Positions 34,533-44,141 of a stretch of 44,141 nucleotides of DNA are shown in pieces; the stretch's first letter is position 1; every line of letters begins with the position of its first letter. Made by a program: the position numbers and the translations under genes. Source of the stretch: Bacteroidota bacterium (GTDB lineage Bacteria; Bacteroidota; Ignavibacteria; Kryptoniales; JAKASW01); assembly GCA_021818875.1 (NCBI GenBank), contig JAKASW010000003.1, positions 1-44,141 on the forward strand, in the 5' to 3' direction. Under the pieces are notes generated by a model that did no database searches, was not told where the DNA came from, and worked only from the letters and a program-made list of their open reading frames with translations.

Positions 34533-37500
34533 CTAATTGTCAAGAACGTGGCGGACTGCTCTCTCTAGCTGCGTTGGAGTGTAGGGTTTAGGGATGATCT
34601 CCGAGACTCTGCACTCAAATAGTTCAGATCTCTCTTTAGGGTCAAGGTATCCGGATACAACGATGAATTTCACCGACGAGTTGACCCTTCTAATCGCCTG
34701 GAGAGCTTTCTTCCCACCGAGTTTAGGCAGGCCAAGGTCAGACACAATCAACGAGACATCATGGCCGTTGCCTTTGAACAAATTGACGGCTTCCTCACCG
34801 TCGGCGGCAGTGACCACGTTATACCCTTTGCTTGTAAGTACTTCAAGGGCGAGCTCCCGCAGCATTTCCTCATCTTCAACAACAAGGATCGTCTCCCTTC
34901 CTCCCGTCGATTCACGTTCGGAAGTAGTCCGTCGGGTCTCTTCTTTAGGACTCTTTCTCACCGGGAAGAACAGCGACATCGTCGTTCCTTTGCCAACCTG
35001 GCTTTGAACGTCAATGAAGCCTTCATGTTTCTCCATAATTCCGAAGACCATTGCCAGCCCCAAGCCGGTTCCTTTGCCCTGGTCTTTCGTTGTAAAGAAC
35101 GGTTCAAAAACATGCCGTTTTGTTTCCTCGTCCATTCCGCTGCCGGTGTCGCTGACTTGAAGGACTACGTACTCTGGAAACGAGCTATTGGGGAACTGGT
35201 GCCTCAGCGACTCACCGGAAGCGATCGTTGTCGTAATTGTCAGTGTACCGCTGCCGGACATCGCATCTCTGGCATTGACGCTGAGGTTTAGCAACGCCTG
35301 ATGTATTTGTGTCGCATCGCCACTGATTGGGGGCATGTCATTCCCAGCGTTGCACACAAGTGTCATGGTCTTTGGAAAAGTCTCCGCGAACAACTTCTCG
35401 AACTCCTTCACCGAATCATTTATCGACAGCCCGGTGAAATTAGCCTCCGATTTTCTCGCGAAGGTCAGCAGTTGTTTGACAAGCGACGCCCCTCGCTCGG
35501 CAGCGTTCAGAATCGTCGCGAGACTTTTTAACAAAGGATCCGAAGCGGTCAACTTCCTTTGCATTAGGGATGCGTGTCCCAGGATGATCCCTAGTATGTT
35601 GTTGAAGTCGTGTGAAATCCCACTCGCGAGCGTGCCGAGGCTCTCCATCTTTTGGGCCTGCACCAACTGGGCCAGCAGTCCATTCCTTTCGGTAACATCC
35701 TCGAACAATTCAAGCACGGCGGCCTTCCCCTTGTAAATCAAACCCGTGTGGGTAACCTGGAACGTCTTACCACCCAGGACGTCTTTCACTTCTGAGCTTC
35801 TGGATTTACCGACAGCCACAGCATTTCGTAACGGGCAGTCCGCACACTGACTCCTATCGTCCTTTAACACAGACCAGCATTTCTGCCCGATCACTGTGTC
35901 CCCGACATTGTGCCTAAATCTTTCGCTCACGAAAAGAAGCGTCCCTTCCCCGTCGATGATAGAAATTCCGAACGGAAGTGCCTTTATAAGCATCTCATTG
36001 AAGGAATTTAGTTCCCTGAGCGATTCTTCGGCTCTCTTCCGTTCTGTTATGTCAGTGGCTGCAATTTGAAAACCCGTCGGCACTCCGTTTCTCTTTAGAC
36101 CGACTTCTCTTACAAGCATGGAGTGTACTTCGCCGCTCTTTGTGACAAATCGGGCATCATAGACCATCGATTTGTTTCTGGTCCCAGGTAGAAAATCCAG
36201 AGGAAGAAGTTTGCAATCATCAGGGTATACAAAGTCACAGATCTTCTTGCCAACTGTCTCATCGACTTCATAACCAGTCAGTGCTGCGAATCCTTTGTTC
36301 ACCTTCTCGATTTCGCCGTCGAGGTCAATTACGGCGATGGCGTCGGAAGTACTCTCAAGCGCATCGTTGAAAAGCGAGAGTGCATAGTTGGCATCCATAA
36401 CAGCTTCACCATAGGCAAACGTCCCGCGCGCAAACATCGTAATGAAAGTCAAACCGATAATCACCATACCGCCCGGAACGATAGTGTTGACCCACCCAAA
36501 TACGGGATGGCTCACCAGAACCACCAGAGCAGTTGTGGGCAAGCCGATCAACGGAAGCTTGGATTTCTCGATGACGATCGGCAAGAATGCAATTCCGAGT
36601 AAGAGAATCAATTGAGCCGGGGCAAAAGTGAAATTCAAATACCATCCGACAGCTAATATAATGCCATACCTAAATGCAAAGATGGATTTTCCGGAAAGCG
36701 ATCTACTGAAAAACTCGTCGACAATAATTGAAAGTATGTATAATATGTAGACGAAACTCGATCGCAAAGATAAGAAACTGGTGTTGGAGAAAATCGCCGT
36801 AAGAAAAATTGCGACTGAAAATGGGATCCATGCAAACCTTGCAAACAGAGGAGTCGACCGGAGATCCAGTCTGCCATGACTTAGAATCCTTTCCTCGGTG
36901 GTCCTAAGCCAGAGCACAATCCCAAAACCGACTATTCCGATGATTATCAAGATCGGCGGCAAATCGACAGTCCCCCAGCTGAAGCGCACACTTTCAATTT
37001 GAATGGTCGATTGCGTACCGGGCCAAAATGTGAAGTTTACTTCCGTTATGCGGGATGGATCAAAAGGTTCATTGACAGTGGCCCCAGGCCTTTGTACAGG
37101 ATTCAATTTGAACCTGTCAAATGGAATTGAGGTCGTCGTCCATTCTTTCGGTGGAGAGTCCATGTAGACGTAGTAGTTTGTGCCTACAGGGTTGATTCTG
37201 TCACCCGCACCACCTCCCACCGTCAAATCTATTAACACCCGATAGCCCTCTCTACTGGAGCGCCACTGGAGATCAAATGTGCCGTTGTGCGGAATGGCAG
37301 CATTCTGCCCCCAGCTCAGTATCAACCCTGACCACACCTTGTCACCGTTGTTGATCTCTAAATTGATCGCTTTCAAGGGACCAATTCGTTCTATCGCAGG
37401 CTGCAGCGAGTCGGGTCCGAATCCGAAATATTCCATATTACTGCCGAGTTCAGGAATGGGCCCACTAGGATAGGATGAAGCGTCGAAGGGGTCAAAATAG

Positions 37501-37658
37501 GTCGGGAAACCACCCGTGAAAACGAGCCAGATGGCAATCATCACAATGACGATTGGAACAAATAGAAGCAGACTCTTAAAGACTCTAAATGGGAGCGGTG
37601 CTGGTATTTTAGTTGCCTTCACTTTAGAATTCTCTGAGGATGGCACCTCGTTCTTCAT
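34533..37658 (-). CDS. Hybrid sensor histidine kinase/response regulator: periplasmic CBM11/CIA30-like domain, multi-TM region, 2 PAS, HisKA, HATPase, REC
   Basis: EWTTTSIPFDRF..FDPSRITEVNF..IQIESVRF (galactose-binding-like fold), about 7 further TMs, PAS (VNKGFAALTGY, DITERK), QAQKMESLGTLASGISHDFNNIL, NARDAM, FEPFFTTK, GTGLGL, and REC (ILVVEDE, SDLGLP, KPY). Confidence 0.92.
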   Translation of the reverse strand: MKNEVPSSENSKVKATKIPAPLPFRVFKSLLLFVPIVIVMIAIWLVFTGGFPTYFDPFDASSYPSGPIPELGSNMEYFGFGPDSLQPAIERIGPLKAINLEINNGDKVWSGLILSWGQNAAIPHNGTFDLQWRSSREGYRVLIDLTVGGGAGDRINPVGTNYYVYMDSPPKEWTTTSIPFDRFKLNPVQRPGATVNEPFDPSRITEVNFTFWPGTQSTIQIESVRFSWGTVDLPPILIIIGIVGFGIVLWLRTTEERILSHGRLDLRSTPLFARFAWIPFSVAIFLTAIFSNTSFLSLRSSFVYILYILSIIVDEFFSRSLSGKSIFAFRYGIILAVGWYLNFTFAPAQLILLLGIAFLPIVIEKSKLPLIGLPTTALVVLVSHPVFGWVNTIVPGGMVIIGLTFITMFARGTFAYGEAVMDANYALSLFNDALESTSDAIAVIDLDGEIEKVNKGFAALTGYEVDETVGKKICDFVYPDDCKLLPLDFLPGTRNKSMVYDARFVTKSGEVHSMLVREVGLKRNGVPTGFQIAATDITERKRAEESLRELNSFNEMLIKALPFGISIIDGEGTLLFVSERFRHNVGDTVIGQKCWSVLKDDRSQCADCPLRNAVAVGKSRSSEVKDVLGGKTFQVTHTGLIYKGKAAVLELFEDVTERNGLLAQLVQAQKMESLGTLASGISHDFNNILGIILGHASLMQRKLTASDPLLKSLATILNAAERGASLVKQLLTFARKSEANFTGLSINDSVKEFEKLFAETFPKTMTLVCNAGNDMPPISGDATQIHQALLNLSVNARDAMSGSGTLTITTTIASGESLRHQFPNSSFPEYVVLQVSDTGSGMDEETKRHVFEPFFTTKDQGKGTGLGLAMVFGIMEKHEGFIDVQSQVGKGTTMSLFFPVRKSPKEETRRTTSERESTGGRETILVVEDEEMLRELALEVLTSKGYNVVTAADGEEAVNLFKGNGHDVSLIVSDLGLPKLGGKKALQAIRRVNSSVKFIVVSGYLDPKERSELFECRVSEIIPKPYTPTQLERAVRHVLDN

Positions 37659-38013
37659 ATCCTAATCGTTTCAAATGCGCTTTAGCTATAATTTTCCTGA
37701 CAATCTCTCCATATCTATATATCGGCGCCGGTGAACTGAAGTTTAGAAGCCAACTCGTGCTGCAGACTTAGAGAAACCTACGATCTAAAGAATACAGACA
37801 ATTTAACGACCCCAAAGCATTTCCACCGTGATACAGGTCTCTTATTTATCATGAGCCCTACCGGGGAACTCAGAAATTGATCCGAGAAACTACCACGGCT
37901 TAAGGGGGAGCAGTTCCGTGCAGACACTACAACGAGTAGCAGCATTTCCACCAAACATTGTAAGTTTTCCGTCAGGATTTTATTTTGTTTTCAAAACAAT
38001 CAGAGGAACCGCC

Positions 38014-39414
38014 ATGGCAAAGATCAAGTTTGGAACTGACGGCTGGCGCGGGGTTATAGCTGAAGACTATACATTCGAGAATGTCTCCAGAGTGGCTCTT
38101 GCTACCGGGAAGTTCTACAAGAAGCACAAGAAGTCAAAGAACGGGATCTTGATCGGATATGATACACGCTTCCTGTCACAGGAATTTGCGGAGAGAACGG
38201 CAGAGGTGATTGCAAATACGGGATTGAAGGTGACTCTATCCGATGGGTATTGTCCCACTCCGGCCCTTTCGCTTGCAATTCCAAAGTATGATGCCGCCGG
38301 AGGCGTTGTAATAACAGCAAGTCACAACCCTGCAAGATACAACGGTTTCAAACTGAAAGCGGACTTCGGCGGACCGGAAGAGGTGGAGTATGTTGCGAAA
38401 GTGGAGAAAGCCGCCAATGCTCTTCCCAAGAAATCACTCGACGAAATAAAGAAGAGTTACGGAGACCTGGTCAAGAAGGGACTGATCACAAAGTCGAACT
38501 TACGCCAGATCTACATTGACGATTTGAGAAAGAAAATCGACATAGAGGCAATCAGGTCTGCACGGTTGAGAATAGTCCATGACGCCATGTATGGTGCTGG
38601 ACAGGGAATCCTAAGGCAACTTGTTGAAGATGCGGTGGTCATTCACAATGAATTCAACCCTTCGTTCGGCGGCGAGCATCCTGAACCCATCGCTGCGCAT
38701 CTCGCTGAGCTCTTGAAGTTCGTGCCGCAGGGAAATTATAACGTCGGTCTTGCCACGGACGGTGATGCCGACCGGATCGGTGCTGTCGACGAGCACGGCA
38801 GCTTCGTCGGACCTCAGGAAGTGTATGCTCTCCTCCTGAAGTATTTGTATGAGACAAAAGGCATGCGTGGAGAAGTTGTCAAGACTGTCTCAGTAGGCGA
38901 GATGCCTGACAAGCTTGCGAAAATTTACGGGCTAAAACTCACAGAGCTTCCTGTCGGATTCAAGCACGTTGCATCAGTAATGATATCGCGCGACGTCTTG
39001 ATAGGAGGTGAAGAAAGCGGAGGTGTGGGACTAAAGGGACACATACCGGAACGCGATGGGTTGTTCCTCGGTCTGACAATTTGTGAGATGATGGTCAAGA
39101 GAGAAAGGACGCTGGGTGAACTCGTAAAGGAACTGTTCGACCAGGTTGGCCCCCACATCTATAGAAGGATAGATGCCCGCACCACGGAACAATACAAGCA
39201 GAAAGTCCTCAGCAAACTAAAGAAAGGGCTGAAGGAAGTTGCCGGGCACAAGGTGGATCACATACTGACCATCGACGGCTACAAGTGCTTCTTTGCAGAC
39301 GGCGGCTGGATGCTGGTACGTGCATCCGGAACCGAGCCTCTGATCAGGTACTACTGCGAGGCTGATTCTAAGGAGAAAGTGGACAAGGTTTTAGAAGCAA
39401 TTACATCCCTGTGA
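38014..39414 (+). CDS. Phosphoglucomutase/phosphomannomutase family protein
   Basis: IKFGTDGWRG, GYDTR, ITASHNP (phospho-Ser), DGDADR (metal loop), GGEESGG and RASGTEP. GAGG RBS before ATG 38014. Confidence 0.95.
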   Translation: MAKIKFGTDGWRGVIAEDYTFENVSRVALATGKFYKKHKKSKNGILIGYDTRFLSQEFAERTAEVIANTGLKVTLSDGYCPTPALSLAIPKYDAAGGVVITASHNPARYNGFKLKADFGGPEEVEYVAKVEKAANALPKKSLDEIKKSYGDLVKKGLITKSNLRQIYIDDLRKKIDIEAIRSARLRIVHDAMYGAGQGILRQLVEDAVVIHNEFNPSFGGEHPEPIAAHLAELLKFVPQGNYNVGLATDGDADRIGAVDEHGSFVGPQEVYALLLKYLYETKGMRGEVVKTVSVGEMPDKLAKIYGLKLTELPVGFKHVASVMISRDVLIGGEESGGVGLKGHIPERDGLFLGLTICEMMVKRERTLGELVKELFDQVGPHIYRRIDARTTEQYKQKVLSKLKKGLKEVAGHKVDHILTIDGYKCFFADGGWMLVRASGTEPLIRYYCEADSKEKVDKVLEAITSL

Positions 39415-39645
39415 TTTTGACGGTGTGGTCGCACGGACAGCTTGTATGAGGGAAAACCGGTGCAAGAGGTTTGACAATTATGAGAATCGGAAGTCAGGAT
39501 CACGACTTATCATAGTACTAATAATCTTACCTCCCGAGGGTAAGAACCGATTCACCGGGTACTCATGGGATGAGATCGATCCGATACGAGGCAGAAACCA
39601 ATTCACTAATTCCTGTTGTTTAGAGAAGAAAGACAGGAGCTAACG

Positions 39646-40071
39646 ATGTATGCAACATTTGATTTATTCATAGAAGAGATACGGAGAGAAGTCAGGTCGA
39701 TGGGTCTCCAGGAGCTGCGAACACCCGCCGATGTAGACAATGCGATCACAAATTCTAAGGGTACACTTCTCGTATTTGTCAATTCAACCTGCGGATGTGC
39801 GGGTGGAATAGCAAAGCCGGCTTTGAAAATGGCACTTATGGAAAAGTCGCTGCCGGATAAACTGACCACAGTATTTGCGGGCCAGGATAAAGAAGCCACC
39901 GAAAGAGCACGCAGCTATTTCACAAACCAGCCGCCGTCGTCGCCCTCCTTTGCGCTTTTCAAAGACGGGAAGTTCATCAAGATTATTCATAGGAGTGAAA
40001 TCGAGGGAAGAACTCCTGAGAAAGTAGCAGAGCAGTTGAAAAGTACCTTCGAGACTTATTGCAAGCAGTAA
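39646..40071 (+). CDS. BrxA/BrxB-family bacilliredoxin (YphP/YqiW-like)
   Basis: VNSTCGCAGG (CGC motif), TVFAGQDKEAT..ARSYF..PPSSPSFALFKDG and IEG. AGGAG RBS. Confidence 0.92.
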   Translation: MYATFDLFIEEIRREVRSMGLQELRTPADVDNAITNSKGTLLVFVNSTCGCAGGIAKPALKMALMEKSLPDKLTTVFAGQDKEATERARSYFTNQPPSSPSFALFKDGKFIKIIHRSEIEGRTPEKVAEQLKSTFETYCKQ

Positions 40072-41271
40072 TCATTTTACTTCTGTGTCGCCGGCTTGAA
40101 CGACATCAGGAGTCTTGCCGGACTTCACGCCGAAGAATCTGACATAAAGGTAGAGGTTTGCGGCCATTATTATGCCGTAGATAAAGAACGGGAGTTCAAA
40201 CAGCGCACCTTCCATGAGATAGCCGCTGAGGCCGGTGCCCGTTGAGGACGCCGCAAGCCTCGCCACCTGATTTATCCCCAACGCTCTTCCCATTTCGTCA
40301 TCGTCTACACGTTTCGTCAGTTCCGACTGCTGGATCGGAAGTGCCGCTACTCTCAACGCCGGTCCTATGATATAAATGAATACGGAGAGCGGCAAAAGTC
40401 TTATGACGGGGAAGACAACAAACAGAACCGTTCCAAGCCCTCTTGTGAATACTATGCTCTTCACAAAACCGAAATACCTTTCAAGAAGAGGAGCGCCGAG
40501 TATTGCGAAGGATCCTAAAAGACCACTCGCAAAGGCGTATTCGGACATTTGCGACTTTGGAAGATGGTACACCAATACAAAGAAAGGTATCAGGAACGGC
40601 ACGATAAGCCCCTGGGAAAGGCCGTTCAGCATCCCCGTCAATGTGAATTTTCCTATTGTAGTTCTTGTCCTCAGTTTGCCGATTTTTCCGCGAGCCTCTT
40701 CAACCTTAAGATACCAGAGCCCGGGCATACCAACCGCGGAAATGACGGCGGCAGCGAGGAAGATATCCCGAACGTCAAATACCTTCGCCAGAAGAGCACC
40801 CAGTGCGCCGGTAACTCCGGACAGAAACGTAAAGAAAGAAAAATATTTGGTCCTCGTTTCGTCCGCGGTCAAGTTTGCAAGTACCGCGCTCTGTATTGGC
40901 TGCACTGCCCCGCCTATTCCCCCACCGGCAAGAGAGCCGGTTGCCGAATAGCCGCCGAGCATTGCCGCTGGAATTATCATCCAGAGATTCGATGACGTAT
41001 AAACCATAATGGCGCTGAGCGGCAAGAGTGCGCTTGTGATGATCAACGTCCCGCGCTTTCCCCAGACATCGGTCGTTATCCCGGCCAGGAAACCGAGAAT
41101 AGCAGTTGCAACAGTTGCCGAGACATATATAAGCCCGATTGTGAACGCACCATGATGCAGCGTTGTGAGTATGTAATATGGGAATGCAATGTTGATCATC
41201 CCCGCGGCAACGCTTCTTGCAACGCGTGAAAAGCCAACTAATGTTATATCTCTATTCACTGAGTAATTCAC
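40072..41271 (-). CDS. MFS transporter (paralogue A)
   Basis: 12 hydrophobic segments and motif A-like GITTDVWGKRGT. Strongly similar to the adjacent ORF. Confidence 0.9.
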   Translation of the reverse strand: MNYSVNRDITLVGFSRVARSVAAGMINIAFPYYILTTLHHGAFTIGLIYVSATVATAILGFLAGITTDVWGKRGTLIITSALLPLSAIMVYTSSNLWMIIPAAMLGGYSATGSLAGGGIGGAVQPIQSAVLANLTADETRTKYFSFFTFLSGVTGALGALLAKVFDVRDIFLAAAVISAVGMPGLWYLKVEEARGKIGKLRTRTTIGKFTLTGMLNGLSQGLIVPFLIPFFVLVYHLPKSQMSEYAFASGLLGSFAILGAPLLERYFGFVKSIVFTRGLGTVLFVVFPVIRLLPLSVFIYIIGPALRVAALPIQQSELTKRVDDDEMGRALGINQVARLAASSTGTGLSGYLMEGALFELPFFIYGIIMAANLYLYVRFFGVKSGKTPDVVQAGDTEVK

Positions 41272-41387
41272 TGAGGTTGATTATAGTCCGGAACCAGGAT
41301 CTACCGGGATGAAGTCTCACAATATTCTTCAGTTGTTCATATAGACGAACATCCCTCTTCAGCTTCCGAGGCTATATCGGTCGGAAG

Positions 41388-42584
41388 TTACGAGACGGAG
41401 GTTATACGCGATTTTTTCGTCCCAAATAATTTAACATAAAGATACAGATTTCCCATCATCAGAATTCCGTAGGCAAGAAAAGGTACTTCATAAAGCGCGT
41501 TTTCCATCAGGTAGCCGCTCAGACCAATACCTGCCGACGAAGCCGCAAGTCTGGCAACCTGGTTTATGCTGAGCGCTCTTCCGAGGTCATCGCTGCGTAC
41601 TCGCTTAGTGAACTCCGATCTCTGAATCGGTGCAGCCATAACTCGCAACGACGGAGCAAGGATGTAAATCGCAATGGCTGCGGGCAGCCAATTTACGGCG
41701 GGCATAAGGGTGAGCAGCACTAATCCGACACCTCTTGTTACCACCACGCTCCTGACAAATCCCAACTTTCTCTCGATCAGCGGCGCTCCAAGAATTGCCA
41801 CCGAGCTGAGCGCTCTTGCCGTGAAGGCATATACGGCCATTTGTGAAATCGGGACATGGTACACGAGCACGAAAAATGGAATCAGGAAAGGAATGACGAT
41901 GCCTTGTGAAAGACCGTTAAGCGATCCGGTCAATGCGAATTTTCCAATGATCGCCTTCGTTTTAAGCCTCACAATCTTCTTCCTTTCGTTCGAAACATGA
42001 AGACACCACAAGCCAGGAAGAGTAAGCAACGAAAGGATCGAAGCAGCGAGAAAGACATCGCGGACGGTCAAGATCTCAGCAAGGAGAGCGCCAAGCGCGG
42101 TTGCTAATCCTGATATGAACGAGAACACTGAGAAGAATTTCGTTCTGTGCTCCTCCAGCGTAAGCTCAGCAAGTACCGCATTCTGGACTGGTTGAACCGC
42201 CCCGTTGACCCCGCCGCCGAGCGAGCCTGTCGCCGAGAAACCGCCCACCATCGCCGCTGCCATGGTCCACCAGAAATCCCGCGACACATAAACGATAACT
42301 GCGCTTACCGGAAGGAGCATACTTACCAGGACGAGAGTGTTGCGCCTTCCCCACGAGTCAGCGACGAAACCGCTTGCGAAACCGATAACCGCCGTCGCTA
42401 TTCTCGCACAGAGAAAAATCACTCCCAGGTTGAGTGCCCCGCAGTGAAGAGTCCTGAGGAGATAATAGGGAAGCGCGACGCCGATCATACCGCCGGAGAT
42501 GCTGCGACCTATCCTTGCCACCGTCAGGAAAACAATGTCGAGATCCCCCCGCCTCGTGAAACGGCTACGCAGGACGATATTCAT
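41388..42584 (-). CDS. MFS transporter (paralogue B)
   Basis: GFVADSWGRRNT motif A. Shares SATGSL.GG..GAVQP.Q.AVLA, PFLIPFFVLVYH and INQVARLAASS.G.GLSGYLME with paralogue A. Confidence 0.9.
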   Translation of the reverse strand: MNIVLRSRFTRRGDLDIVFLTVARIGRSISGGMIGVALPYYLLRTLHCGALNLGVIFLCARIATAVIGFASGFVADSWGRRNTLVLVSMLLPVSAVIVYVSRDFWWTMAAAMVGGFSATGSLGGGVNGAVQPVQNAVLAELTLEEHRTKFFSVFSFISGLATALGALLAEILTVRDVFLAASILSLLTLPGLWCLHVSNERKKIVRLKTKAIIGKFALTGSLNGLSQGIVIPFLIPFFVLVYHVPISQMAVYAFTARALSSVAILGAPLIERKLGFVRSVVVTRGVGLVLLTLMPAVNWLPAAIAIYILAPSLRVMAAPIQRSEFTKRVRSDDLGRALSINQVARLAASSAGIGLSGYLMENALYEVPFLAYGILMMGNLYLYVKLFGTKKSRITSVS

Positions 42585-42595
42585 TTACAGGATGT

Positions 42596-42626
42596 AAAGG
42601 CGCGGGGCCTCGCTTGCGGCCCCACG
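42596..42626 (-). terminator. GC-rich hairpin after tpl (possible weak terminator or processing site)
   Basis: Minus strand CGTGGGGCC-GCAAGCGA-GGCCCCGCG then CCTTT, 6 nt after the tpl stop. The U-tract is short. Confidence 0.5.
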
Positions 42627-42632
42627 TAAATC

Positions 42633-44084
<1,452 letters not shown>

Positions 44085-44141
44085 TTACCGGAGGGAGGAC
44101 TGAGATTCAATGATGAGTGATGATGGTGGTACATAGCTTCT

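Noticed and set aside
37660-38013. Long divergent intergenic region as a possible riboswitch or sRNA
   Set aside because: No recognisable consensus or convincing extended stems; explained by two divergent promoters.

Overview
Gene-dense 44 kb bacterial chromosomal window. The T9SS C-terminal sorting domain, TonB-dependent receptor, BrxA/B bacilliredoxin, BatA-domain protein, Shine-Dalgarno sites and sigma70-like promoters suggest an FCB-group organism, most likely Ignavibacteria/Kryptonia-like (inference). From left to right: (1) end of a peptidoglycan/chitosan-recycling cluster (GH2 exo-glucosaminidase C-terminus, APC permease, SH3-NlpC/P60, Ala-Glu epimerase); (2) an uncharacterised operon behind an ECF-type promoter: TonB-dependent receptor, radical SAM/SPASM enzyme, 4-TM protein, ATC-hydrolase/V4R-like Cys protein, Fe-S-motif GMC oxidoreductase (these five translationally coupled) and a Tat-like Cys-rich protein, the best candidate here for an undescribed system; (3) a propeller histidine kinase and NarL regulator with a 22-bp palindromic operator found twice, before the regulator and before a beta-barrel/membrane protein/cytochrome c/T9SS-propeller gene run; (4) PLP decarboxylase, carbonic anhydrase, aguB and aguA; (5) an aspartyl-protease pseudogene and a structured non-coding segment; (6) a housekeeping run ygfZ, msrC, SDR, LOG, SirB1, pduO, BatA, hflX; (7) a CBM-like hybrid sensor kinase, phosphohexomutase, bacilliredoxin, two tandem MFS paralogues and tyrosine phenol-lyase. 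I saw no rRNA, tRNA, CRISPR array, transposase or phage genes. Several decayed REP/REPIN-like intergenic palindromes are present. All family calls come from reading motifs by eye, not from database searches.
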